From positions 896,001 through 960,000 of the forward strand of contig CAXXMV010000006.1 in the NCBI GenBank assembly GCA_963662285.2: a stretch of DNA of 64,000 bases. The letters run 5' to 3'. Source of the DNA: a bacterium. GTDB taxonomy: Bacteria; Hinthialibacterota; Hinthialibacteria; Hinthialibacterales; Hinthialibacteraceae. Both the position numbers and the translations under genes were made by a program. Positions 21,301 to 30,766 of this stretch are shown here, in pieces; the stretch's first letter is position 1, and the number at the start of each line of letters is the position of its first letter. A model generated the notes under the pieces. That model was not told the DNA's origin and did no database searches. It saw only the letters and a list, made by a program, of their open reading frames with translations.

Positions 21301-21406
21301 GGCGCCCACGCCCACATTAACTCCATCCCAGACGCCAACACTCACGCCGACACCTACGCCGACATTGCCCCTGGTCAGCGTTGATGATTGGTTTTTATAT
21401 GATTGA
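18344..21406 (+). CDS. Secreted DUF3160-domain protein with Thr/Pro linkers and C-terminal VDDWFLYD tail
   Basis: LLENGFV, FVTVDALLHAFH, DYTQYVPRGHYT..YFRAMMWYG and LGSWAELRHDTILY match my recollection of DUF3160; two (TPT)n linkers; start at ATG 18344 after a G-rich RBS. Confidence 0.75.
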   Translation: MRTTTRLIISNPIICLIILLTYASSAVCSTLDMMADISKPVVTEFAEYQPELIDITPSVEPYKIADDFSNVWNFDQFQFSDEQKRLLLENGFVAVQSDDKEMYEIYNRALKENTPIFVTVDALLHAFHEQFDYILRTLETDRFISHIQQMTIALIDGSLEQYNEAADSRVKEAARKNLAFFCVALAMLDADYAAPALVAELVASELQLIDAHNSMTHSPLRGYAEDYTQYVPRGHYTLSEDLKRYFRAMMWYGRSTFHNKETAFLGITHDMAEMETIQALLVTQLMNISSIGDNSVLDLWRQVYLPTVFFVGQSDNLNIDDYTSAALDVYGADFTTLPVDQFSDADNLDAFMNYPTRPASQISADVWGGGFSIMGQRFIPDSYIIDKLNFLEEARLPSGLDVMSVLGSERAKEILTQSGLYTEMYAEKHDKLYQEFLDKDESVWAQNVYWNWLYCLMPMLADKEEGFPFFMQNDAWRDKDLSCALGSWAELRHDTILYARPSAVGSADNSSNAYKSEYVEPNPWAFGRLASLVRYTIDGLNNLNLIKDFKFSDRINDLYEISSSLQTISLKELTNQPLTINECKFIRGIGDPLTLLCTIFDEEDDNYFPDVRPDGENMDDMSLIADIHTDLIIGEALEIGVGRPLTIYVIIGEGDNLSISVGSAFSYYEFGQPMNDRLTDEAWRKMLNESEQPPQPSWVSSYMGNNNTPDNIDKNDRIKRISSPVREMNYLISPSLLAQGENLTARFVFDATEIYRNIEYYEKYNYPCYIPGMDSYFVQIILGDRILVIELEEDVLTDEPFDYSAVINTDDWPTGTYDLLFYSPTNLAIYANKQFTVYESVEQIPTLTPTFTQTPTPTLTPIPTAPPNPVYMTDTMNDSQSIVYDFDPPWQRDIIIRWDFTKQYQSYMIMVKVNDNGEFQNLGETVGSENFFEWSIDNKYGQIIAEEFLDGPQLNTDYTFSIYGSNRRYYWFLCESFTFHYKIDQTAPTPTLTPSQTPTLTPTPTPTLPLVSVDDWFLYD

Positions 21407-21414
21407 TAAAGATA

Positions 21415-21447
21415 GATGGGATACGGTTTAGCTATGACCCATCTTAC
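21415..21447 (-). repeat. Degenerate GTAG-type REP-like palindrome
   Basis: Minus strand GTAA-GATGGGTC-ATAGCTAAACCGT-ATCCCATC. Confidence 0.5.
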
Positions 21448-21451
21448 TTGG

Positions 21452-21647
21452 CAAGCGGATCAGCGGTTTGATGAACACTTGGAAGAGTTGAAGAAAGGCC
21501 GTTAAAATGGGCGTCCCTTTGAAAGAGGTCATGAAAGAAATTTCCTCTGAACGCCAAAAATGCATACAGGCCAAAGCGGACGAATATATCAAAGAATATC
21601 AGACCCTTCAGGAGTTGCGTAAAGGGCGTAAATCGCCAACCAGATAA
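21452..21647 (+). pseudogene. Remnant of a RelE/HigB-type toxin (C-terminus only) plus XRE antitoxin (N-terminus only)
   Basis: ..QADQRFDEHLEELKKGR* (stop 21503-21505), then ATG 21507 MGVPLKEVMKEISSERQKCIQAKADEYIKEYQTLQELRKG, which stops where the HTH should start. Confidence 0.65.
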
Positions 21648-21689
21648 TATGCAGCCAAAAAATAAGCGCACGAGTATGACATCATTGTT

Positions 21690-22130
21690 TTACCTAAATA
21701 TTTTATCGAGATGATGTCGCAGATGGCGCAGGTAGTCTTTTACTATGAAATCCAAAGTCACCGGCTCTGCTTTTCCGATGTTGCATGGAGCGCTGGCGGC
21801 CTGGTCGGGAAGGCATTGGCACACGCGGCATAAGTGATGGTTGTAAGCCGCCCAAAGCGTCACCAACGCATCCCAGGGCATTCCGTTGTATTGCTGAATC
21901 CTCACCCATTCATTTTGGTCGTAAATTGGAAACTGATCGGCTGCGCCATACGCAGCCCGGACAAAGCGCTGGTGGTTGTTGGCTGCCGAGTCTATTAGAT
22001 GTCCCAGAATCTCTTTTTTCGACCATGCAGTGGTTGAGGATTTAATCTCAACATCATTCTGATTCATGCGGGATAATTTTGGTTCAAACGTCTCAATGGT
22101 AGAACGGATTTGGGTTGAGGCGTCTTTCAT
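21690..22130 (-). CDS. DinB-family protein
   Basis: WSKKEILGHLIDSAANNHQRFVRA; DYLRHLRHHL. Confidence 0.85.
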   Translation of the reverse strand: MKDASTQIRSTIETFEPKLSRMNQNDVEIKSSTTAWSKKEILGHLIDSAANNHQRFVRAAYGAADQFPIYDQNEWVRIQQYNGMPWDALVTLWAAYNHHLCRVCQCLPDQAASAPCNIGKAEPVTLDFIVKDYLRHLRHHLDKIFR

Positions 22131-22228
22131 GGCAGGTTCCTTTCATTTCATAACATGATAAAAGATATAATGATATTGAGGATGATTATCAACAGCATTC
22201 TTACTTCAATCCCTAATCAGGGATGTAT

Positions 22229-23344
22229 TCAATATAAGTCCCATCCAATCACATCGGTGGTAAAATCACGGGAAAGAATGTAAAAAGCCACTTCGGGACG
22301 GTAATACAATGGGTCGTTAGGTAGTTCAACCATTGGTGAATAACCGATTAGCGCCCACTCTCCTTCCTCCAATTCAAATCCAAAACTATCCGGCCAATTA
22401 GTACCTGCATCGCCGCCCTCAAGTTCTGGATCATTATCACAATATAAGTAAGTCATAGGCTGGTCGGGTAGAAATTCATTCCAAGTCGTCCGGCTATTGA
22501 AAACCAGTGAAGGGTGAAACGGGTCTTCCGGGATTTCATCCAGATATCCGAAATGCACCAAAGGTTTTAACACGCTGTTTTTGGTGCGTTCTCCTCCTTC
22601 CACGCCTTCAAAGACATCATCAATTCGTTGTATTAGATGGCTATCATCATCCCAGAAATCAACCAGAAGAACGCCTTTTTCAGTGCGCAGTCTTTCAATA
22701 GCTCTCCCGATCTGCATCATATTTTCTTTAGATTTTTGGAGATATTCTTCAGCATTTTTCGGTTGAGATATAACTTGACTTTTATGAACGGTGAGATTTC
22801 GAGTTCGTGATCGGTCATAGGTTTTATTCTCTCCCGGACTGATCAAAACCCACTCATCCATCTGTACATAAAGGCTTAACATGAGTGTGAAATAATCAGT
22901 CTGATATTTTGTTTCGTTGATATTAATTGTGCTTTCTTCATCAAAATATATATAAGTATTAAAATCTGGATCGGAATCCTCTGGAATAAAAGGATCAATG
23001 GGTATTACATCCAAATAGCCGAAATGAACCAATGGCTGTAAGACGTCGAGCATGGTTCTGGGTCGGTCGCTTGGATTGCCGACATTTTCAAATTCTTCAT
23101 GCAGCCGCTTTTGACCGATTTCCGAATCATCGTCGATCAGGTCTACAAGTTTAACGCCTCGCTCTTCTTCAAAGCGGATAATAGCATCGCCGATTTTCAG
23201 CATATCACTCAATGCTTGTTCCACTTGGGAATTGGTCTCTTGAGATACAGCATTCAATGAAAATAAACAGTAGATACACATGCAAACAATAATCTGAAAT
23301 ATACAAATAGACTGATGTACCTGTTTAACTTCTTGAGATTGCAT
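22229..23344 (-). CDS. Secreted protein with two tandem pseudopilin-head-like domains and C-terminal VIGWDLY tail
   Basis: Sec-type signal; internal duplication (IG.AI....E.GV.LVD..DDD..VL.PLVHFGYLD.IP.DPF..EW.LI). Confidence 0.65.
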   Translation of the reverse strand: MQSQEVKQVHQSICIFQIIVCMCIYCLFSLNAVSQETNSQVEQALSDMLKIGDAIIRFEEERGVKLVDLIDDDSEIGQKRLHEEFENVGNPSDRPRTMLDVLQPLVHFGYLDVIPIDPFIPEDSDPDFNTYIYFDEESTININETKYQTDYFTLMLSLYVQMDEWVLISPGENKTYDRSRTRNLTVHKSQVISQPKNAEEYLQKSKENMMQIGRAIERLRTEKGVLLVDFWDDDSHLIQRIDDVFEGVEGGERTKNSVLKPLVHFGYLDEIPEDPFHPSLVFNSRTTWNEFLPDQPMTYLYCDNDPELEGGDAGTNWPDSFGFELEEGEWALIGYSPMVELPNDPLYYRPEVAFYILSRDFTTDVIGWDLY

Positions 23345-23934
23345 AATAACATCTCCTTAAGTCATTGAGGATTTGACGTAATCTATATTGATAAATCCCT
23401 CTTGGCATAATTAAATTTCTGCATGATTCGATAGAGGTTATCAAAAGGTTATACTTATTTGAAGTAAAATTTTGTTTGAATTCTCGTCTTTGGAGGATTA
23501 TTTACCAACCTCATAAACGCACGATGTTTTTGATACATCTTTAGATAAAGAGATTAAATAGTCGGTCGAGCAATTGTTGGGGTGAAGATAGATAATACGA
23601 TAACTAACTATATAGGAACTTATACCACCTACGACGTTTAGCCTTCTATGTACATCTTTTCTGGTGATTTGTGCAGTTAACCTTTAATAAAAGGCTGGAC
23701 GAGAAGTAAATCAATAGTATAATTTATAGCGCTATAGAGTTCATTATGGCCATAAAATGGAAATATTTTGCCAATAGATGGTAGATGCATAATGTCATAT
23801 CCAAATTATCGGCCTGAATTCGCCAAATAATGTAAGCAAATCGTTTCAATAACAATAAATTAACTTAATTGATCTTTTTAGTATGCTAAAATAGTATTCC
23901 AGAGTCATTTTTAACATAAATAAAGGCGGTACAG

Positions 23935-26900
23935 ATGAAAACAGGATTCCGACCACAAGCCCAGGGTCTTTATGACCCATCTCAGGAGCATGATAGCTGC
24001 GGCGTAGGGTTTGTAGCCAATATTAAAGGCGTTAAATCTCATGATTTGGTTACTAATGCTTTGCAGGTGTTAGTTAACTTGGCGCATCGCGGCGCCGCTG
24101 GCAGCGATCCTGAGACTGGTGATGGCGCTGGCATTATAATGCAGATGCCGGATTTGTTTTTGCGTAAAGTCACCAGTTCACTACCGTTTGATCTTCCTGC
24201 ATTGGGAGAATATGGCGTTGGTATGATGTTTATGCCGATTGATGCCGGACAGCGCAAGTGGTGCGAAGCATTGGTGGAGAACATCATCCAGTATGAAGGC
24301 CAGGAAATCCTTGGGTGGCGCGATGTACCAAATGATGATTGCTATATTGGCAGGGTAGCGCGTTCAGTTAAGCCGTTCATCCGCCAGGTTTTCATCAAAC
24401 GGGGCGCCAATGTTAAAGACCAGGCGGCTTTCGAGCGTAAATTATATATTATCCGTAAAGTTATTGAAAAAGCGGCCCGCGGTTATGATGGCGACGGGTA
24501 TTTCTATATCCCCAGCTTTTCCAGTAAAACCTTGGTTTATAAAGGTTTGCTACTAGCTGAACAGGTGGGCATGTTTTATCCTGATCTGAGCGATCCTGAT
24601 CTGACCACCGCTCTGGCTATTGTGCATCAGAGATATAGCACTAATACGTTTCCAACCTGGGACTTGGCGCATCCCTTCCGTTATATAGCTCATAATGGAG
24701 AGATCAACACTTTACGCGGCAATATTAACTGGATGCATGCGCGTCAGTCGTTGTTTAAGAGCGACCTGTACGGCGATGATATCAAAAAACTTTTTCCCAT
24801 TTGCATACCAGGCGGCAGTGATTCAGCTACGCTGGATAATGCTTTAGAACTATTGGTGATGGGCGGTCGCCGGTTGGAGCATGCCGTAATGATGCTTATT
24901 CCCGAGGCATGGAGCGGACATGAGAGCATGTCTCAGACCAAGAAGGATTTCTATGAATATCATTCATGCCTGATGGAGCCGTGGGATGGTCCCGCTTCGG
25001 TGGCGTTTACTGATGGCGTGAATATCGGCGCGGTATTGGACCGTAACGGTTTGCGTCCTTCGCGTTACGTCGTAACCAAAGATGATATGTGCGTTATGGC
25101 TTCTGAAGTGGGCGTTCTGGATATCGCTCCGGAAAACGTCAAGATGAAAGGCCGCCTGCAGCCGGGACGTATGTTCCTGATCGATACAGTTGAAGGCCGA
25201 ATTGTTGATGATGAGGAGATCAAAGAGAAAAGCGCCCAAAGCCAGCCCTATGGCGAGTGGTTGAGCAACAACCGCGTGGTTCTGGATGATCTGACTGTTC
25301 CAGCCGGTTCAGATGATGCGGTATTGTCTAATGAGGCCGTTTTGGCGGTTCAGCAGACCTTCGGATATACCGACGAAGATCAGAAATTCCTCTTAATCCC
25401 CATGGCGCGTGATGGCAAAGAACCGCTGGGTTCAATGGGCAACGATACTCCGCTGGCGGTCTTGTCTGATCGTCCACAATTGCTTTATAACTACTTCAAG
25501 CAATTGTTCGCGCAGGTCACTAATCCCCCTATCGATCCGATTCGTGAAGATTTGGTAATGTCGTTAGTAACATATATCGGCAGTGAACTTAATATACTGG
25601 ATCAAACGCCGGAACACTGCCATCGATTGAAACTGACTTGCCCGATTCTGACTAATGAAGAAATGGCCAAGATCAAATATAGTCTTGATGGTCAGATAAA
25701 ATCCAAAACCTTAAGCAGCCTTTTCCCGGTTGATGAGGGTGAAGCGGGTCTCGATAAAGCCATGGACCGTCTGTGCGAGGAAGTTTCGCTGGCGGTTGAT
25801 GATGGCATTGGCATTATTGTTCTGAGCGACCGTGGAGTGGATCAGAACCATGTTCCCATCCCGGCTTTGTTGGCCTGTTCCGGAGTACACCATCACTTGA
25901 TCCGTGAAGGCACGCGAACTCAAGTCGGCATTATTATTGAATCCGGAGAGCCGCGTGAGGTAATGCACTTCGCCTTGTTAGCGGGATATGGCGCGGGGGC
26001 CGTTAATCCATACGTCGCGATGGACATGGTCGAACAATTGGTTGAAGACGACCGGGTCGAAGGAGTGCAGGATAAGAAAACAGCAGTTCAAAATTACATT
26101 AAAGCGATAAAAAAAGGTCTGCTCAAAGTCTTATCGAAAATGGGCATCTGCACATTGCAAAGTTATCGCGGCGCTCAAATCTTTGAAGCAATCGGCCTGA
26201 ACAGTAGTGTTATTAAAAAATATTTCACAGGGTCTGCATCACGCCTGGGCGGCATCCCCATAGATGTTATTGCTAAAGAATCGCTGATGCGCCATAACTA
26301 CGGCTTCCCCGATAGAGCGGTTAAAAATCCTGACCTTGATCTTGGCGGCGCCTATCAGTGGCGGCGTGAAGGCGAACATCACATGGTCAACCCGGACATA
26401 GTGGCTAAGTTGCAACATGCTGTGCGCACCGATAACTATGATGTCTTCAAGGAATACGCCCGGATCGCCAATGACGAATCACGAAAACGAAGCACGATTC
26501 GCGGGATGCTGGAATTCCAGTTCGCCGATAAGCCTTTACCGTTGGAAGAGGTCGAACATGAATCGGAAATAGTGAAACGTTTTGTAACCGGCGCCATGTC
26601 GTTCGGTTCTATCAGCAAGGAAGCCCATGAAACCCTGGCTATCGCCATGAACCGTTTGGGCGGCAAGAGCAATACCGGCGAGGGCGGGGAAGACCCGGAA
26701 CGTTTCAAGCGCCTGCCCAACGGCGACAGCAAACGCAGCGCCATTAAGCAGGTGGCCTCCGGCCGTTTCGGCGTGACTAATGAGTATCTGACCAATGCCG
26801 ATGAGTTGCAGATCAAGATGGCGCAAGGCGCCAAGCCCGGCGAGGGTGGACAGTTGCCCGGTCATAAAGTTAATGAGGTAATAGCCAAGGTACGGCATTC

Positions 26901-28443
26901 GACGCCGGGGGTTACGCTGATTTCTCCTCCTCCTCATCACGATATCTATTCGATTGAAGATCTGGCGCAGTTGATTCATGATTTGAAGAATGCCAATCCG
27001 CAAGCGCGCATCTCGGTTAAACTGGTTTCTGAAGTGGGCGTTGGAACTGTGGCGGCGGGAGTTTCCAAAGGAAAAGCCGATCACGTATTGGTAAGCGGCG
27101 ACTGCGGCGGGACGGGAGCTTCGCCTTTGTCGTCGATTAAACACGCTGGCCTGCCCTGGGAACTGGGGCTTTCAGAGACGCAGCAGGTTCTGGTTAAGAA
27201 CGACCTGCGCTCGCGTATTGTGGTCCAGACTGACGGGCAGATGAAAACCGGACGCGACGTGGTAATCGCTGGAATCCTCGGCGCTGAAGAGGTTGGTTTC
27301 GCCACCCTGGCCCTGGTAGCGTCGGGTTGCATTATGATGCGTAAATGCCATTTGAATACCTGCCCGGTCGGCGTGGCGACTCAGAATGAAGAGTTGAGAA
27401 AATTATTTACCGGCAAACCGGAGCATGTGGTCAATTTCTTTACCTATATCGCCAGACAAGCGCGTGAGATTATGGCGCAACTTGGCGTCCGTAAATTTGA
27501 AGATTTGGTGGGTTGCACCGAATTGTTGACTCCGGATGAGAAAATTGATCATTGGAAAGGCAAGTACCTTGATCTGGCTAAAATTCTGGAGAAGCCGGAT
27601 GTTGATTTTGGCGTTCGGTGCACGGAGAAGCAGGATCACGGTCTTGATAAAGCATTGGATAATAAACTGATTGAATTGGCTCAAGAGGCTATAGAGAATC
27701 AAAAACCGGTTGAGATTAATCTTCCTATCAGAAATATCAACCGGACGGTTGGAGTAACCTTGAGCCATGAAATCACTAAAAGATACGGCATCAAGGGTCT
27801 GCCCGAAGATACTATTAATATCAAATTCAACGGTTCCGCTGGACAGAGTTTTGGCGCATTCCTGGCCAATGGAGTTAGCATGACGGTTGAAGGCGACGCT
27901 AATGACTATACCGGCAAAGGAATGACGGGAGGCCGCTTGGTTGTTTATCCTCCTAAGCAATCTTCTTTTGTTGCTGAAGATAATATTCTGGTAGGCAACG
28001 TTGTCTTGTATGGCGCTACGGGCGGAGAATGTTATTTCCGCGGCGTGGCGGGCGAGCGTTTCTGCGTCAGAAACAGCGGCGCCTATGCGGTGGTTGAAGG
28101 CGTAGGCGATCATGGCTGCGAGTATATGACAGGTGGTCGTACTGTAATTCTGGGCGAGGTCGGACGAAACTTCGGCGCTGGCATGAGCGGCGGCATCGCT
28201 TACATTTATGATAAGAGCCAGACTTTCGCAAAACTATGCAATCATTCCATGATCGATCTGGATAAACTGGATGATCAGGAAAGCATCATGGAATTGCGCG
28301 GCATGATCGAGCGTCATCTGCATTATACCGATAGTTCTGCGGCGCAAGATATATTGGATAATTGGGATCAAAGTTTGACGCAATTCGTCAAAGTAATGCC
28401 TAAGGAATATAAGCGATATCTGATGGAGATAGAGCAGGCTTAA
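23935..28443 (+). CDS. gltB: Glutamate synthase large subunit
   Basis: EHDSCGVGF (catalytic Cys), [56 protein letters not shown]; 1502 aa. Confidence 0.98.
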   Translation: MKTGFRPQAQGLYDPSQEHDSCGVGFVANIKGVKSHDLVTNALQVLVNLAHRGAAGSDPETGDGAGIIMQMPDLFLRKVTSSLPFDLPALGEYGVGMMFMPIDAGQRKWCEALVENIIQYEGQEILGWRDVPNDDCYIGRVARSVKPFIRQVFIKRGANVKDQAAFERKLYIIRKVIEKAARGYDGDGYFYIPSFSSKTLVYKGLLLAEQVGMFYPDLSDPDLTTALAIVHQRYSTNTFPTWDLAHPFRYIAHNGEINTLRGNINWMHARQSLFKSDLYGDDIKKLFPICIPGGSDSATLDNALELLVMGGRRLEHAVMMLIPEAWSGHESMSQTKKDFYEYHSCLMEPWDGPASVAFTDGVNIGAVLDRNGLRPSRYVVTKDDMCVMASEVGVLDIAPENVKMKGRLQPGRMFLIDTVEGRIVDDEEIKEKSAQSQPYGEWLSNNRVVLDDLTVPAGSDDAVLSNEAVLAVQQTFGYTDEDQKFLLIPMARDGKEPLGSMGNDTPLAVLSDRPQLLYNYFKQLFAQVTNPPIDPIREDLVMSLVTYIGSELNILDQTPEHCHRLKLTCPILTNEEMAKIKYSLDGQIKSKTLSSLFPVDEGEAGLDKAMDRLCEEVSLAVDDGIGIIVLSDRGVDQNHVPIPALLACSGVHHHLIREGTRTQVGIIIESGEPREVMHFALLAGYGAGAVNPYVAMDMVEQLVEDDRVEGVQDKKTAVQNYIKAIKKGLLKVLSKMGICTLQSYRGAQIFEAIGLNSSVIKKYFTGSASRLGGIPIDVIAKESLMRHNYGFPDRAVKNPDLDLGGAYQWRREGEHHMVNPDIVAKLQHAVRTDNYDVFKEYARIANDESRKRSTIRGMLEFQFADKPLPLEEVEHESEIVKRFVTGAMSFGSISKEAHETLAIAMNRLGGKSNTGEGGEDPERFKRLPNGDSKRSAIKQVASGRFGVTNEYLTNADELQIKMAQGAKPGEGGQLPGHKVNEVIAKVRHSTPGVTLISPPPHHDIYSIEDLAQLIHDLKNANPQARISVKLVSEVGVGTVAAGVSKGKADHVLVSGDCGGTGASPLSSIKHAGLPWELGLSETQQVLVKNDLRSRIVVQTDGQMKTGRDVVIAGILGAEEVGFATLALVASGCIMMRKCHLNTCPVGVATQNEELRKLFTGKPEHVVNFFTYIARQAREIMAQLGVRKFEDLVGCTELLTPDEKIDHWKGKYLDLAKILEKPDVDFGVRCTEKQDHGLDKALDNKLIELAQEAIENQKPVEINLPIRNINRTVGVTLSHEITKRYGIKGLPEDTINIKFNGSAGQSFGAFLANGVSMTVEGDANDYTGKGMTGGRLVVYPPKQSSFVAEDNILVGNVVLYGATGGECYFRGVAGERFCVRNSGAYAVVEGVGDHGCEYMTGGRTVILGEVGRNFGAGMSGGIAYIYDKSQTFAKLCNHSMIDLDKLDDQESIMELRGMIERHLHYTDSSAAQDILDNWDQSLTQFVKVMPKEYKRYLMEIEQA

Positions 28444-28444
28444 C

Positions 28445-28489
28445 AATCCCCTCTTTTTAGTTCTTCCCCAGGTTTGGGGTAGAGGGGTT
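28445..28489. repeat. REP-like palindrome of the CCCCA(A/G)G(C/T)TTGGGG family in the gltB-gltD spacer
   Basis: AATCCCCTC..TTCCCCAGGTTTGGGGTAGAGGGGTT; its reverse complement resembles 47032-47074. Confidence 0.55.
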
Positions 28490-28530
28490 TCTGGCATCGT
28501 ATTTAGAGTACTTAAAAACAGAGGTGTATC

Positions 28531-29958
28531 ATGGGTAAAGTAACTGGTTTTTTGGAGGTGGATCGCGAACTACCTCAGAATATTCCTGTAGAGGAACGTA
28601 TAAAGAATAATAATGAATTTCATAATAAACCATCTGAAGAGGAGCTTAAAAAGCAAGGCTCCCGATGCATGGATTGCGGCGTACCAACCTGCCATTGGGG
28701 TTGTCCTTTAGGCAATATTATCCCCGATTGGAATGACCGTATATATAGGGGGCGTTGGAAAGAGGCTCTGGACCGGCTTCATAAAACCAATAATTTCCCG
28801 GAATTTACCGGACGTCTGTGTCCCGCGCCCTGCGAAGCGTCATGCGTTCTTTCTATAAATAAAGATGCTGTGACTATTAAAGAGATTGAACTTAATATCA
28901 TTGAGCATGGTTTTAAGGAAGGCTGGGTAGTTGCAAAGCCTCCATTGCAAGAGACGGGCAAGAGCGTCGCTGTAGTCGGGTCTGGTCCATCGGGTATGGC
29001 GGCGGCCCAGCAGTTGCGTCGTCTGGGTCATAAAGTGACTCTATTCGAGAAGAGCGCGAATATTGGCGGCTTGCTGCGTTATGGCATCCCTGATTTCAAG
29101 TTAGAGAAGCATATCATAGAGCGCCGGGTTGCTCAAATGGTGGAAGAGGGCGTTGAGATTAAGACCGGCGTTAATGTTGGAGTGGATATAACTGCTGATC
29201 AATTGAAAGCTAATTTTGATGCGGTCTGTTTGACGGGCGGCGCCATGAAGGCGCGCGATCTTCCCATTGAAGGCCGTGATCTGGTTGGCATCTATCAGGC
29301 GATGGAGTTTCTGGTTCCCAATAATAAAAAGGTCGCTGGAGAAGAACTGGCTGATGGAGAATTTATTTCAGCGCATGGCAAGCGCGTCTTAGTGATTGGC
29401 GGCGGCGATACCGGCGCTGATTGCGTGGGCGTCTCTAACCGGCATGGCGCTAAAAGCGTAATGCAAATAGAGATCATGCCTAAGCCTCCGCTGGAACGCA
29501 CTGATAAAATGCCGTGGCCTAACTGGCCCTTTATCCTGCGCACCTCCACTTCTCACGAAGAGGGCGTTGAGCGGGATTGGAGCATCATGTCCAAGCGCTT
29601 CGTTGGTTCGGATGGAAAACTGGAGAAGGTTGAAGCGGTGCGGGTGCAGACTGAAACTGATGAGCAGGGGCGTTTGAAATTCGTTGAGGTTCCCGGAAGC
29701 GATTTCGCCATTGAAGCGGATATTGTTTTACTGGCTATGGGTTTCACCGGCCCGGTTCAGGAAGGCATGTTGAATGACCTGGGAGTGGAGTATAACGAGC
29801 GCGGCGCAGTTAAAATCGATGACAACCGTATGACCAGCATCCCCGGCGTGTTCTCGGCGGGAGATATGAGCCGCGGCGCCTCATTAGTGGTCTGGTGCAT
29901 CGCGGACGGCCGTGAAACTGCGAAAGCCATTGATGACTACTTGATGAAGGATGATTAG
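28531..29958 (+). CDS. gltD: Glutamate synthase small subunit
   Basis: RCMDCGVPTCHWGCP, NNFPEFTGRLCPAPCE, GSGPSG, GGGDTGADC. Confidence 0.97.
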   Translation: MGKVTGFLEVDRELPQNIPVEERIKNNNEFHNKPSEEELKKQGSRCMDCGVPTCHWGCPLGNIIPDWNDRIYRGRWKEALDRLHKTNNFPEFTGRLCPAPCEASCVLSINKDAVTIKEIELNIIEHGFKEGWVVAKPPLQETGKSVAVVGSGPSGMAAAQQLRRLGHKVTLFEKSANIGGLLRYGIPDFKLEKHIIERRVAQMVEEGVEIKTGVNVGVDITADQLKANFDAVCLTGGAMKARDLPIEGRDLVGIYQAMEFLVPNNKKVAGEELADGEFISAHGKRVLVIGGGDTGADCVGVSNRHGAKSVMQIEIMPKPPLERTDKMPWPNWPFILRTSTSHEEGVERDWSIMSKRFVGSDGKLEKVEAVRVQTETDEQGRLKFVEVPGSDFAIEADIVLLAMGFTGPVQEGMLNDLGVEYNERGAVKIDDNRMTSIPGVFSAGDMSRGASLVVWCIADGRETAKAIDDYLMKDD

Positions 29959-30010
29959 TTATATCTAGATTAGTCTTCACCCTAGGGGATGAAGAATCAG
30001 AAGTGATTGA

Positions 30011-30051
30011 ATCAAGGGCTGACCGCATTGCGATCTTGCCCTTGCCACCCG
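30011..30051. repeat. CAAGGGC..GCCCTTG hairpin repeat (family C)
   Basis: ATCAAGGGCTGACCGCATTGCGATCTTGCCCTTGCCACCCG, nearly identical to 60754-60794. Confidence 0.75.
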
Positions 30052-30107
30052 CCATTGATGAAGGATGATGCATAGTTTGAGTGATTCTTAATATAAAGTT
30101 AAAGCGT

Positions 30108-30140
30108 AAAGCCCCTAAAAAATGGGGCTTTATTTATTTT
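30108..30140. terminator. Intrinsic terminator, probably bidirectional (gltD / tRNA-Asn)
   Basis: AAAGCCCC-N8-GGGGCTTT followed by a T-rich tract. Confidence 0.6.
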
Positions 30141-30317
30141 CATGGTTTTATAATTATCGAATTGTTAAATTACTGGTATTCAATTCAACGTAATATATAT
30201 AAAAGAAGAGTGTATTTTAGTCTGAATCAAGGAAAACCTATACTTTATGTTTAGCCAGAACTATTAAATATAGGGAGATTGTTGAGGTAATTGTAATTAA
30301 TTCGAGGCAAAAAAAAA

Positions 30318-30391
30318 CTCCCCCGGTTGGACTCGAACCAACAACACTGCGGTTAACAGCCGCATGCTCTGCCGAATTGAGCTACAGGGGA
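30318..30391 (-). tRNA. tRNA-Asn (GTT), CCA not encoded
   Basis: Minus strand TCCCCTG TAGCTCAATTCGGCAGAGC A TGCGG CTGTTAA CCGCA GTGTT GTTGG TTCGAGT CCAAC CGGGGGA G folds into a complete cloverleaf. Confidence 0.95.
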
Positions 30392-30766
30392 ATATTTTTG
30401 TTTTTTTATATGCACAGTAAGGATATTATTTACAAACTCCTTGCGAGCAGTGAATAGATTAGACATTTCCAAATTATAGTCAAGTCTTCAATATCATAGA
30501 TAGAGATTTTTTTGAATTTATCTGCAAATTTATTGTATTACCCGAAAATAGCAACGATATAGCGAATCAATACCGGTTGGATGTTCGAATATTCGGGTGA
30601 AAGTCCATAATCCAATATTGGTAAATTAAAATAGCCATTTTTGGTATTGCAGAAGCCATTTGAGATCAAATATGTATAATGGCATGGTGTTTTATTGTCA
30701 ATTTTAATTGTTATTTCATTATTCTTGTTAAAAACCATTATTTTCTAAAACGAGAGGGAAAAACAA

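Noticed and set aside
21371-21406. Reading the aromatic C-terminal tails as BAM beta-signals of outer-membrane barrels
   Set aside because: The carriers have soluble folds and linkers and lack amphipathic barrel strands; the spacing differs from the alternating beta-signal.
23935-29958. Many antisense and alternate-frame ORFs of 60-236 aa (for example 27403..28113 and 26536..27144), and similar ones across the window
   Set aside because: They are shadow ORFs overlapping well-supported genes, with no motifs or RBS.
30130-30320. Genomic island integrated at tRNA-Asn
   Set aside because: No duplicated tRNA 3' end or integrase seen; gltD lies directly downstream.
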